The translations under genes were made by a program, and so were the position numbers. The notes beneath the pieces were generated by a model. The model saw nothing but the letters and a program-made list of their open reading frames with translations, made no database searches and had not been told where the DNA came from. Shown in pieces: positions 49,477 to 60,400 of a DNA stretch of 64,000 bases. The stretch's first letter is position 1; each line of letters opens with the position of its first letter. The stretch comes from a virus (Duplodnaviria > Caudoviricetes), in the IMG/VR virus record IMGVR_UViG_3300028805_000067, positions 1 to 64,000 of that record; one strand, given 5' to 3'.

Positions 49477-50217
49477 CTACAATCTCCAATTAACAGCTAT
49501 ATCTAATTGAGTTTGGTTCGTCTTTGCAAAACCGCCAGTATCTACAACAATGCCCCATCCAAGTGAACACTCTATAATTGTTCCAAGTGGTCTGATATTG
49601 AAGGCGGCGGCGACCATGATATAGGGGCCTAGCATTTTACAGCCATCATCTCGTATCCAGTAAGGATAGTCAGCTTCTGAATACCCCCGTCTGCGCATCC
49701 GCTGAATACAAAATGTCATATCTAAATTATAATATGTTTCCTTTCCAGAGGGCCCTTTATTAACCCCGCTAGTTTTAGTTAATTTACTTCCAGTCCAAGT
49801 TACAGCTGGTGCTGTAACAATTCCTAATTCCTCCGTATTGACTGTGATTTCATTTGCTGCCAATACCGCAGCAGTAGGGGTGTTTGTTGGTACTACTACT
49901 TTTGTAGCAGTTGGCATAGGCGAAGGTGAAGGGGTTGCAGTAAATGTAGGAATTATTAATTTATCTTCCTCTATTTCTTCAACTTGTTCAACCTCTTGTA
50001 TTACTACTGCTGTAGGTTACGGTGTTGGTGTTGATGTAATGATTATAATTGTTGGTGTGGCGGAAGGCGTTATTGTAGCGGCCTCCGCAACTTGTTTTGA
50101 TTCTACTATTTCTTGAACTTCATTAGTATCATTCTCATTGAACGCATTTCTCTCAATTATTACTATAATAATTAAAAGAATAATACACAGAAATCCAACT
50201 ATAAATTTCTTTTTCAT
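49477..50217 (-). pseudogene. Membrane-anchored PT-rich protein with 3D/RlpA-like cell-wall lytic domain, interrupted by one in-frame TAA (50017-50019)
   Basis: ORFs 50017-50217 and 49477-49917 share a frame and are joined by 99 nt of open sequence; C-terminal GIVVDTGG...QLDIAV. Confidence 0.7.
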
Positions 50218-50369
50218 GCTCTTTCCTTTCTTTTGAAAAGAAAATAGTGTGCCAAGCTATTTTCTAGTTGTTATTCTTTCTTTGATATTGATGCTTTTGA
50301 AGGAATAATAAATAATACATATATAATTGAAAAATAAAAAGGGCAACTTATTAAGAGTTGCCCAAAAGC

Positions 50370-50660
50370 CTAAATTTCTACTTTTTTATTTCGTGCAATT
50401 CTGTTTATCATCAGTTTATACTTATGTGCATACGCATATTCCTTGTTATCCCAATGTCCTATTACATTTAAGCTATCATTGAAAGCAGCGTCTGGTGTCC
50501 AATGATACTGTTCTTTTAGCATAACTAAAAATTCATCAAGTGGCATATTTAATATCCGAGCTGGAAACCACCATTGACTTGATGCTGTTCCTAATTTTTG
50601 AACTGATTTTACATGCCAGCACCCTGTTGGATCTTGCCATTCAACTGCTTCGTATATCAT
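50370..50660 (-). CDS. Hypothetical protein
   Basis: AAGGAG RBS. Confidence 0.6.
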   Translation of the reverse strand: MIYEAVEWQDPTGCWHVKSVQKLGTASSQWWFPARILNMPLDEFLVMLKEQYHWTPDAAFNDSLNVIGHWDNKEYAYAHKYKLMINRIARNKKVEI

Positions 50661-50669
50661 ATTATCTCC

Positions 50670-50951
50670 TTACAGTTTCCAATTGTCAAAAAGTTTCTTA
50701 ATACTTGCTTTTTCACTTTCAGTTGGTGTATCTGATACTGGTGCGGCGGGCTCTGTCTGTGATGCTGCCTCATTAACCACACCTCCGCCAAGAATATCCT
50801 TAGCACAAGTCAATGCCAATTTAATTTCTACAGTTTCACCGCCATCATCCATAGGCACTCTGATAACTTTGTCATCCATGAATGAACCAGAAAACATTTC
50901 CAAAATCTGCTTTGTCAATTTCTCTTTTGCTACACTACCTCTTGCCGCCAT
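50670..50951 (-). CDS. Hypothetical protein
   Basis: GAGG RBS after class-1 promoter. Confidence 0.6.
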   Translation of the reverse strand: MAARGSVAKEKLTKQILEMFSGSFMDDKVIRVPMDDGGETVEIKLALTCAKDILGGGVVNEAASQTEPAAPVSDTPTESEKASIKKLFDNWKL

Positions 50952-50998
50952 ATTTTTAACCTCTTTCCATATTTTCTATATATATTATAACAAAATTT

Positions 50999-51796
50999 TT
51001 ATTCTTTTTCAACTGCTACATTTTTGTCTGGTACTTTTATCTGTTGCAAGCAGATATCACAATGATTTTTGCCAGCTCTACATCTCTGTTTACAAGTAAA
51101 TCTGCGTTCAGTAAATATAGGTGACACTAATGCTTCTGACATATCTGTATTTTCTAGCCCTTGAATAACAGGCCAGAGTTCCATGCCCCAATTATGATCT
51201 CTATATATATCTGTCACCACACCCATTTTCTTGTTCATTTGGTTGATAAATAAAGTATTAATACCAAAGGCCTCCGCAGTATGAACAGATTGTTCATTTG
51301 GTAATAGATACCAACCTCTTGCAGTTTCCGCCCCCTGCCAATTGCCTTCTTGCTGTACTACATCTGGAATAATGTAAATGTTAGGCTGATAATTAGCCTG
51401 TTTAATTAAATTATTTACACCTAACATATCAAAAGTCAATGGTATACTAATACCAATATCATCTACACCAATTGATAATAAATAAGCTAACCTATCATAT
51501 GACATACAAACCTCTAAAGAGCTTGTTTTAATATTTCTATTATGGCACATTTCAACGATTTCTTTTGTAATGATTACACATGAATCTAACATAATTCCGC
51601 CTTGAATCGCTTCTATTGTAGTTAGCATATTATCATATGGCTTATAAATTGGCATATACCAAATAAAAATATCTGGATATTCTTCATGGAACTTTAATAA
51701 TTCATTTAACTTTTGAGATGAAGAAAATACTAATTCATCTATGTGCCTATGCTTTAAATCTAGCATAGCATTAGAATAAAACATTCTGTATTTCAT
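50999..51796 (-). CDS. Hypothetical protein with C-terminal Cys cluster (possibly peptidase U32-like fold)
   Basis: CKQRC..CDIC C-terminus; family call weak. Confidence 0.4.
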   Translation of the reverse strand: MKYRMFYSNAMLDLKHRHIDELVFSSSQKLNELLKFHEEYPDIFIWYMPIYKPYDNMLTTIEAIQGGIMLDSCVIITKEIVEMCHNRNIKTSSLEVCMSYDRLAYLLSIGVDDIGISIPLTFDMLGVNNLIKQANYQPNIYIIPDVVQQEGNWQGAETARGWYLLPNEQSVHTAEAFGINTLFINQMNKKMGVVTDIYRDHNWGMELWPVIQGLENTDMSEALVSPIFTERRFTCKQRCRAGKNHCDICLQQIKVPDKNVAVEKE

Positions 51797-51865
51797 TTTT
51801 TCTCCTTATGTAACAATGGGGATGGCGACCGCCGCCATCCCCAACATCTTTTTTATAGAAAGCTA

Positions 51866-52237
51866 TTAAGCCATTCTATACTTAGTAACTCTCTTCTTAT
51901 CAACTGTAACGATTTCCTTTACAATTGCACCACTTGCAATTGGCTCACGAAGTCTTGCAGCAACCTTTGCAACAGTAACTTCATCATCACCAATAGCAGC
52001 TACAATCTCTGCTGCGGAAATGAGTTCATTACCAATAAGGCTAAGTACTACTTTTGTAAGTTCATCAGGCTCTTTATTAGCTCTCTTCTCTGCTCTACGA
52101 GCTGCTTCCTTCTCATTCTTAGCTACAATCTGCGCGATCTTCTTATTGCAAAGTTCCTTAACTGCATCAGATGCCTCTGCGTATCCAAGAATCTCATTGT
52201 AAAGTTCGGTTTCAGTAAATTTCTTTTCGTCTGCCAT
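51866..52237 (-). CDS. Winged-helix DNA-binding protein
   Basis: ISAAEIVAAIG..VTVAKVAARL...IVKE. Confidence 0.55.
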   Translation of the reverse strand: MADEKKFTETELYNEILGYAEASDAVKELCNKKIAQIVAKNEKEAARRAEKRANKEPDELTKVVLSLIGNELISAAEIVAAIGDDEVTVAKVAARLREPIASGAIVKEIVTVDKKRVTKYRMA

Positions 52238-52400
52238 GTTTGTGTTCTCCTTTTTCTCTTTATAATCATATTATACTAAAATTTTTTATAAAAGTAAAGA
52301 ATGTTTGTAACTCTTTAAGCGAGCACCTTTCCTTATCTTCTGAATATATTATATCAAAAATTTTTAAGTTTTTCAACTGCATGATAAAAAGCTAGCTTAA

Positions 52401-52697
52401 TTAATCAAAACGCAAGTTGTTCATTAAAGTAGCAACTACATCTCTGTAATTCAAATCATATTCGTCTTTTATCATATACAGATAATTAACATTATTTACA
52501 AATACTTCCTGTTCATCTGTTGTCATATCATGCCAGCCTGGGTCATTTGTAAACATATAACCACAATTGCGCAAAAATCCTTCTGCAACTCTTTCAATCA
52601 TAATATAAATATCATCAGTATTTCTTTTCTTTTCGCCAGTTGTCAGGTCATAACCCTCGGCCTCCGCCATATAAAGTCCAAACGCTAAGTCTATCAT
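52401..52697 (-). CDS. Hypothetical protein
   Basis: ORF in operon. Confidence 0.55.
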   Translation of the reverse strand: MIDLAFGLYMAEAEGYDLTTGEKKRNTDDIYIMIERVAEGFLRNCGYMFTNDPGWHDMTTDEQEVFVNNVNYLYMIKDEYDLNYRDVVATLMNNLRFD

Positions 52698-52699
52698 AA

Positions 52700-52903
52700 T
52701 TAATCCCTTCCAAAATCATCAATCAAATCAGATAATGCTTCTACATCTTTTTCTTCACAATACTGCAACTCAATGTGTCTCATTGCAAGTAGCTTTAATA
52801 CTTCGATATCACTAATGCGTAGTTTGTATTTCTTTTTCAGCCGCTTAATTTCTTTAATCAGCCTCCGCAATACATCATTCGGTGATTCTTCCATTTGCAA
52901 CAA
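52700..52903 (-). CDS. Hypothetical protein
   Basis: ORF after class-1 promoter. Confidence 0.5.
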   Translation of the reverse strand: MLQMEESPNDVLRRLIKEIKRLKKKYKLRISDIEVLKLLAMRHIELQYCEEKDVEALSDLIDDFGRD

Positions 52904-52986
52904 CCTCTTTTCTTTTTCATTTTTTACAATTATATTATAACAAAATTTTTCAAAAAATAAAAGCCGACTTTATAATCGGCTTTATT

Positions 52987-54093
52987 TTAAATATGTGTTG
53001 GACGGGGCGGGATTTGCTCTAAAAGCCACTTCATAGGTTTTTTATAAAAGATTTCCTCTACTGTTGCGCCTTGAAATAAAACTGCAAAAGCAAAAGAGGC
53101 ATATGGCTCATCCTTTATCCTCAATGCTAATTCTTTTCTATTGTGGTCGCTCTCGCAATAGATGGCTTCCGCATAATTAACAAAGTTATTAATATCCTCA
53201 AGTAATTCCGCAATCTTATACTGATAATATAATATATCCACTTTAAACATCTTCTGCATTTCTTCAGAGATATTATTAGTAAATACTAATTCAAGCAACT
53301 CTTTATGAGGTGCGCCATTATTGCGTACATGATGTGCCATAAGATATTCTGGCGTTTTTACCTTAATTCTATGATACTGATCATCAACTACAACAAATCC
53401 TTCTTTTATACCTTCTGCGCTGCACAATTGATTAACAAGTTCTACACAATCATTTAAGTTATATTTAGTTAATTGATACTCTTTAGGATGCGGAATTCCT
53501 ATATTAATAGTGTATTCTTCACCTGTTATATTATTACGAGTACCAGTATGATATAATTTAGTCAATGGATAATCAATAACTATTTTATTATATGGTGAAA
53601 CCAATTCAAATATATAAGTATAATTACGATTAAGCAATTCAAAATCAATATCATTAAAATTAACAGCAGATTTAAACAATTCCGCATAAGTAACATTGTA
53701 ATTACTTACCAATGCTTGATTTGCATCAATACAACTATTAGTAGATATCATCCAACCAGTACCTGAAGTATACCACAATTTCATAATTGAACCATCTATC
53801 TTCTCTTGAATTTGTGCAGTAGACCAATCTATTTTATCCACATACCCTTCCCAATAATTGCCAAATTTGCGAAATGGTAAGCAGACAACAGGAAAATCAT
53901 TAGAAGATATATCTATAATTATACCTCTAGCCTCTTGTACATAGGGATCGTAGAAATCTGCACCTATATCATAGTTAAATATTAAAAGATCGCCATCCGA
54001 TTTAATGCGTATCTTTTTATCCGCACAAATAGAATATACTTCTGATAATGGGTAATTAAGTAATAATTCTCTTATTTTGGAATAATTATACAT
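52987..54093 (-). CDS. T4 RNA ligase 1 (Rnl1)-like RNA ligase
   Basis: EARGII, PFRKFGN, EKIDGS, FELVSP.NKIV, EGFVV, RIKVK..EY. Confidence 0.88.
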   Translation of the reverse strand: MYNYSKIRELLLNYPLSEVYSICADKKIRIKSDGDLLIFNYDIGADFYDPYVQEARGIIIDISSNDFPVVCLPFRKFGNYWEGYVDKIDWSTAQIQEKIDGSIMKLWYTSGTGWMISTNSCIDANQALVSNYNVTYAELFKSAVNFNDIDFELLNRNYTYIFELVSPYNKIVIDYPLTKLYHTGTRNNITGEEYTINIGIPHPKEYQLTKYNLNDCVELVNQLCSAEGIKEGFVVVDDQYHRIKVKTPEYLMAHHVRNNGAPHKELLELVFTNNISEEMQKMFKVDILYYQYKIAELLEDINNFVNYAEAIYCESDHNRKELALRIKDEPYASFAFAVLFQGATVEEIFYKKPMKWLLEQIPPRPTHI

Positions 54094-54127
54094 ATAAAAT
54101 CACCTCTTATTAAAAAATTATTATAAA

Positions 54128-54364
54128 TTAAAATGTAGGTATAAATATATACAATAATATACTACATAAAGTTATACATAGAAATATATAAAAAATAGAT
54201 TTCATGCGTTTTTGATCGGCATTATCCATTTCTGCGCATAAAAACAATCCAAGCATAGTTGCAACTATTGCACCAAGTATAGCTAATGCACCACTAATCA
54301 TACATATCTTATTACAAATATTCTGAATATATAAAAGTTTAACACTCTCTGTCATATCGTTCAT
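54128..54364 (-). CDS. Small membrane protein
   Basis: Two TM segments. Confidence 0.55.
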   Translation of the reverse strand: MNDMTESVKLLYIQNICNKICMISGALAILGAIVATMLGLFLCAEMDNADQKRMKSIFYIFLCITLCSILLYIFIPTF

Positions 54365-54542
54365 CCTTCTTTCTTGCTCTTTCTAACAGCTCGCCCCGCC
54401 TATCTTCACGACAAGGCTTTCTTCCTTTTGCTGGGGTATAGCTTTTACATACCTGACAATGTTTCCAAAAAGTTCCTTCTTTACCTAATCTACACATATT
54501 TTCACATTCATAATGTTTACAAGGGACACATCTATCTTTCAT
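54339..54542 (-). CDS. Small Cys-rich protein
   Basis: CKHY..C...HCQVCKSY. Confidence 0.55.
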   Translation of the reverse strand: MKDRCVPCKHYECENMCRLGKEGTFWKHCQVCKSYTPAKGRKPCREDRRGELLERARKKDERYDREC

Positions 54543-54544
54543 AT

Positions 54545-55177
54545 CTATACTCCTTCATACCAGCCTGAATAATCAAATACTTTTGGTATCTGCTTATCAT
54601 CTTTTAATATGTAACCTAAATTATTATAATGCAAATCATTTATACCAATTGTTTCTATGAAATCTGTAAAAGCGGCGGTGCTTGCGGCGCCGAAAGTTCT
54701 AATGCACTCCGCCACAAAGTTATCGTTAAATGAATTGTTAATCTTGTTATCTTTGATTACTTGACTATTTTCTTTTGAGCTATAATCACTAACAAAAGTA
54801 GTCTGATTAGCTCTTTCTTGCGCATATACATAAATATTATTAAATGAACCAATATACTGTTCTTCACAAAAGAACTCACTTACATTATAAGTTTTAGCCT
54901 CTTGATACATATCACATTCCATTTCACAATAATCTGGAATTAGAACAACATCTCCGACATTTGTATCATATGTATGGGTAAAAGGTATCTTTAATACAAA
55001 GTCATCATCTTTGTCAATACAAATGACAAGTTTAGATGCGCCACACCGCCACCATTCATAAGGTGCTTCAAAGTAATTCATTAAATGTTCAATAGTATCT
55101 TCACTAAATTCACCCTCAAAGATGGCAAAACATTCTTTATATTTTTCAAAATATGCACGCGCCTTTGCTATATTCAT
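54545..55177 (-). CDS. Protein-kinase-like fold protein
   Basis: GASKLV, VLKIP, E, DLHYNNLG (HxD..N-type loop), VFDY. Confidence 0.7.
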   Translation of the reverse strand: MNIAKARAYFEKYKECFAIFEGEFSEDTIEHLMNYFEAPYEWWRCGASKLVICIDKDDDFVLKIPFTHTYDTNVGDVVLIPDYCEMECDMYQEAKTYNVSEFFCEEQYIGSFNNIYVYAQERANQTTFVSDYSSKENSQVIKDNKINNSFNDNFVAECIRTFGAASTAAFTDFIETIGINDLHYNNLGYILKDDKQIPKVFDYSGWYEGV

Positions 55178-55178
55178 T

Positions 55179-56051
55179 TTACATCACCTTCACTCTTGTT
55201 ACTGTTGTCTGTTTTGTTCCTTTATAATCTTCATGTTTCTTTACTGTTGCTATAATATGATATACTTTGCCTTCATCCATATGCGGATTAGAAGCGGTAA
55301 ACCATACAAGTTTATTACCGTTGCTATTTAATATATATACATGCCCGCTGCCATATTTGCCGCTATATCCACCAATAGAAGAAACTTCTATGTCTAATTC
55401 TACTTTCTCACCAACTATACCAATATAGTCAGAAGTAGCGAATTCTTCATCTACTATTCTTGTTGCATTTTCAATCTTATCTTTTGCATCTGGTAACAAA
55501 CAGTACATATCAACATTTTCATCTAAATTATAAATATCATAAAAAGATACAAGTGTAACAAAAGTACCTTCAGGAACTTCTATCGGCTGCGGAGAATGCC
55601 ATCCAAGTGTATAATCAAATACTGCGCCATTAGCTTTTAATTCATCTTTAATACTGTAAGTTTCACCATAATACAGATAGCTTTCATCATTACTATTGAA
55701 GCCGTGTTTAGTTTTAAATTCTTCCTTCATCTTTCGGTGGCGGTCGTCGCGTTCATGCTGCCTGCGAGCTTCTGCCGCCGCTTGCTGATTTTTATAGGTT
55801 TGGTACTCATTTTCAGTATAAAGTCTTATCTTTTTAGTTTCCCATTTATTGCCACAGCATTTAAAGCAAGTATAATCAGGTCTAATGTACCAACCAGCAC
55901 CTCCGCAACGACTGCAAAGTCTTTTCATATTTATATATAATTTATTATTTACTTCATAAATATCGCTATAAGGAAAATATCCTTTAATATCATAGCTATC
56001 TGCTACAAATAACTCAATTCCTTTGTAAGTTAAATTACATTTTGACATCAT
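55179..56051 (-). CDS. Zn-finger plus C-terminal OB-fold protein
   Basis: CSRCGGAG..CFKCCG; GNKLVWFT...ATVKKH..YKG.KQT. Confidence 0.65.
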   Translation of the reverse strand: MMSKCNLTYKGIELFVADSYDIKGYFPYSDIYEVNNKLYINMKRLCSRCGGAGWYIRPDYTCFKCCGNKWETKKIRLYTENEYQTYKNQQAAAEARRQHERDDRHRKMKEEFKTKHGFNSNDESYLYYGETYSIKDELKANGAVFDYTLGWHSPQPIEVPEGTFVTLVSFYDIYNLDENVDMYCLLPDAKDKIENATRIVDEEFATSDYIGIVGEKVELDIEVSSIGGYSGKYGSGHVYILNSNGNKLVWFTASNPHMDEGKVYHIIATVKKHEDYKGTKQTTVTRVKVM

Positions 56052-56171
56052 TATTACCTCTTGTTCTTGTTTTTTAGGTTTTATTTATTTTATATATTTT
56101 TCCTTTTTCTTAACTTTTTACAATTATATTATATCAAAATTTTTTAAAAAAATAAAGTAGCATTAATTATG

Positions 56172-56402
56172 CTACTTTATTCTCCTATAATCTATTGAAG
56201 TAATTTCTATTTTAGTTACTTGTACATCATAATCATATACGCGAGTCATTAAGAAAGCGCTATTATTTGTTATTTGTATCGCTGTAGTTTTATTAAGTTT
56301 CCTCCAAATTGCATCTTCCTGTGGCCATATAAAATAATCTCCTAAAATTAAATCACCAAAAACAGTTGGTTCAGTATTTGTTACATCATGTAATGTTATC
56401 AT
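56172..56402 (-). CDS. Hypothetical protein
   Basis: AAGGA RBS. Confidence 0.55.
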   Translation of the reverse strand: MITLHDVTNTEPTVFGDLILGDYFIWPQEDAIWRKLNKTTAIQITNNSAFLMTRVYDYDVQVTKIEITSIDYRRIK

Positions 56403-56421
56403 TATTTTATCCTTTCAAATA

Positions 56422-56856
56422 TTAGTCATGTATATCAATAACAGTATAAGAAATATCATTCTCTATACATGTTGATATAAGCCATCTAGTTGCGGTACAA
56501 GTGTTATCAAATAATTCTGGCATAATAATGTCATGTGTAGTATCTATCCAATAGTAATCATATGGGCGCTGTTGTTTTGATGGCTGCTTGTAAAGTTGAT
56601 ATATTGTAGCGGTATCCATTATTGTAGGCTGCACCATAATTGTAACACCCGTTTTTTCTACCTCATCATTTTCATCATCCGCATTATTAAAATGCTCACA
56701 CGCAAATTCATCTATCCAGTGAGCTTCTTGTTCTCTTGTTTTATTCTCGCATTCATTAATTTGTAGCTGCTGATTAGCATACATTTTATTTTTACAATGA
56801 TTTTCTTCCTCTTCATTGTTGAAATATTCTTCATCAAGTATATCTAATTCTGTCAT
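56422..56856 (-). CDS. Acidic hypothetical protein
   Basis: GGAGGG RBS. Confidence 0.55.
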   Translation of the reverse strand: MTELDILDEEYFNNEEEENHCKNKMYANQQLQINECENKTREQEAHWIDEFACEHFNNADDENDEVEKTGVTIMVQPTIMDTATIYQLYKQPSKQQRPYDYYWIDTTHDIIMPELFDNTCTATRWLISTCIENDISYTVIDIHD

Positions 56857-57444
56857 ATTACCCCTCCATTACAATTGAATGAATAGCAAAAATAGGCTGT
56901 CCATGATAATCAGATTGAGCAATAGCTAATGCTGCATCTGCAAAACTTTTTGCTGCTACATATATTGTTACTAATTCATAATTATCCGTTTCTGTAATTA
57001 CGAATACTTCTGCTTTGTATATATTTACATCCATAATCTTTCCCTTTCTTCATTTTTTACAATTATATTATATCAAAATTTTTTATTTTTCTCAAGCGGC
57101 GGCGGAAAAGCAAAAAATTTCCTTTTTAAAATACGCGCGTGTGCGTGCGCGCGAATAACATAATTTTTTTAAAATGTCAAATGCGGGCAGTAGCTAGAGT
57201 GGCAGCATGAAAGCTGGGTCGCCGCATCCATTTCAAAAAATATGAAATTTTTGATATAATATAATTGTAAAAAAATTAAAGAGGTGAGTTTAATGAGAAT
57301 TGTCCTTATAGTGTTGTTAATTATATTCCTTATTTGGGCTTGGAAAACCAAATAACAAGAGATAAAGTTGCATTTGGAAAAAATACAAATTTTTGATATA
57401 ATATAATTGTAAGATAAAAAAAGAAAGAAAGGAAAAAAATAATT

Positions 57445-60400
57445 ATGTTAATAGATTCTTGTACAGCATATCTTTTAAGTAATGAATATTTATCTAATTA
57501 TTCAAGAAAACAGTTAAATGACATTGGGGAGGCTATTAAACAGGCTTGTAGAAAAGGACACTTTTGGGTAGAAATAGATGGTTATGCAGATGAATTTATT
57601 AGAAAAGAATTGGAAAACCGAGGGTATGTAGTAATACAGCATATGGATCAAAGAGATGGTTGTAATTATGTAATTAAATGGGGAAAGAGATGATAACAAT
57701 GATAAAAGCAATATGGACAGGTAAATATCCTAATTTATGCTCTGGCACTTGGAAATTATATAGAAATGATGAAGATATATCTAATATGATTCCAGAAGAA
57801 TTAAGGCATGGACATATGAATACTTTTAATGAATATAGCAAATGGCATTTTAATTCACATTGGAGTGAAGAATGGGATACTTATACTGATGGTTTGGATG
57901 TAGAAGAGTGGATTCAAAAAAATGATTATTGGTTAAATAATATTACTAATGATTATGAAACAAAAGTAGATATTTATTTTACTTTTCAAGCATCTGATTG
58001 GCGATATGGTGAATGTGGAGGTTGTATATGATTAACGCAAAGTATGCAAATGCATTGACTGAAGAAATGTTTTGTACTGGTGGTTACATTAGAAATATTA
58101 ATCAGGCTATCCTTCAAGCGGTTGCTGATGGGAAACCTCATACATATCTTGATTATACTATATTAGATGATGAAATTCTTGCGCATTATGCTAATCTTGG
58201 TTATACAATAACAAGAACAGTTATATGTAAAGCAAATGGTAGTTATTCATATAAATATATAATTAGTTGGTGAGGTAAAATATGATATATATAGGACAGG
58301 ATGATGCAGCAATAATAGCATTTACAATATTACTTATTATTTGTATTGCTTTATTTATATTTAGCATAGTATTAATGATTAAAAAGGACTTTGAGTTAGG
58401 GGAGTTAGGGGTTGTATTGTGTGTTAGCAGTTTAATAATGGGTTTTGTATGTTGGGCTTTAGTATTTGATATAAGCCATTGCTATAAGATTAAAATTGTT
58501 GATAAAAATGTAACCGTAAATGAATTAACTGATAAGTTTATAATTAAAAACTATGTTGTGAGAAATGATATTTGGTATGTTTATGAAAAAGATGGCGGTT
58601 ACAGTGTAAAGGCGTTAAATAATGATAATAATTGAAAGGAGAAGATTTATGAAGAAGATTAAAATTGTATTAGCTTTAGTAATTATATTAGCGTTGGTAT
58701 TGACCGGATGTAATAAACAGATATTTGATTTTCAGTATACTTTTGATACTGCTATTGTAACTGTAAATGGTGAAACTAAAATTTATTCTATAAGCAGTTG
58801 GACAGATTATGCTGAAGGCGAACAGTTACAGTTGATTTTACAAGATGGCTCAGTTATATTAGTAAGTTCATATAATACTATATTGGTTTGTACAAATGAT
58901 AATAATAGTAGTGTATTGATTAATGATTTAAATAAATGAAAGGTCAAGAATGAAGATAGTAATTGATATATCAGACGAATGGAAAACAAGAATTGAATAT
59001 AATCGGCGACCAAACACTATAGAATGCGGAGAACTTGTAGCAAGCATTTGGCGAGGTAAGATACTTCCGAAAGAACATGGAAGATTGTCCGATATGGATG
59101 AACTTGTAAAAAACATCGTGAAAGAATACGGTGTTAATAGTATTTACGAATTACCACAGGATATTAAGATGTTTTATGACAAGTTTATCAAGTCTGCACC
59201 GACTATTTTAGATGCAACATTTGATTATAAATTGAAAAATTATGCTTTTTTATTGCCGCCGTGTGAAATGTGCAAAACAGAAAGCGAGGAGTAAGAATGA
59301 CAGATAGAGAAAAAGCAATAGTAATGGCATATACGGGAGTATGCATGCTGACAGGTAATAAGTTTGAGATATTCCACAAATATGTTGAGGATATTATGGG
59401 CAGGCCAGTATGGACACATGAAATGGGGGTTAGGTCTATTATAAATGAGATAAAAGAAAAATCAAAGGGCGATTTCTTGGCATTGTGTCGTGGTGAGGAC
59501 ATGAAATGAATGGATATTTAGATCGTGAAGGTAAATTGCATCCCTGTAATGCGTGGGGACACCTTGGCAAAGCGGCTGAGATAGTTGAAGGAATGGGCGT
59601 GAATGTTAAAAGCAGGCTTGATGCGGAAGAACACCTCAAAAGGCTCGGCTGGATAGTTGTGAGAAACCGTGATGTTTACGGTCTCATCGGACTTCGTGTT
59701 GACGGCAAGCGTTTGCACCTTACTGATGCTCAGAAAAACTTTCTGAATAAGTTGTACGGAGAAGTAAGCGAAGGCTGTATGATATCTATTGATAAGATTT
59801 TTGAGAATGATAGATAAAGGGGTGAATAGACATGAAAGCATTTATTACAGTAATTGATGACAACGAAAAAGTAATTTGCAAGGAAAAAGTTTTAGAACCT
59901 GTTAAAGAAGAAATTGTCAACGATCTCTATCAACTGCCAATAAAGAAAACATGTTTTGCTTTTATAATCACACAACTTGCAGATTTTCAAAACTTGGAGG
60001 CAGAAGATGCAGATAGTAATTGATATACCAGAGATAGATTATGTTTTAGCTCATATAAAAGATTACAGTAGCATATATACTGATCGACACATAGCAGAAG
60101 CAATTGCAAATGGCACACCATTGCCAAAGGGACATGGGCGACTGATTGATGCAAGAGAATATGAAAACGATATTCGCAAGCATTATTTTGATAACAATAC
60201 AGTTATCCGATGCACTGAGATAGCACTTGATAATACACCAACAATTATAGAAGCAGATAGGGCAGAAAGTGAGGAGATCGAAGTACGGGAAGAACCGAAA
60301 GCAGAAAACAAGAAAAGGCTTACCAACGCAGAATGGAAAGATTTCCTGTCAGAGCAGTTCGGAATCAGCAGAACATCGGCGGCAGAAATGCTTCACGGAA

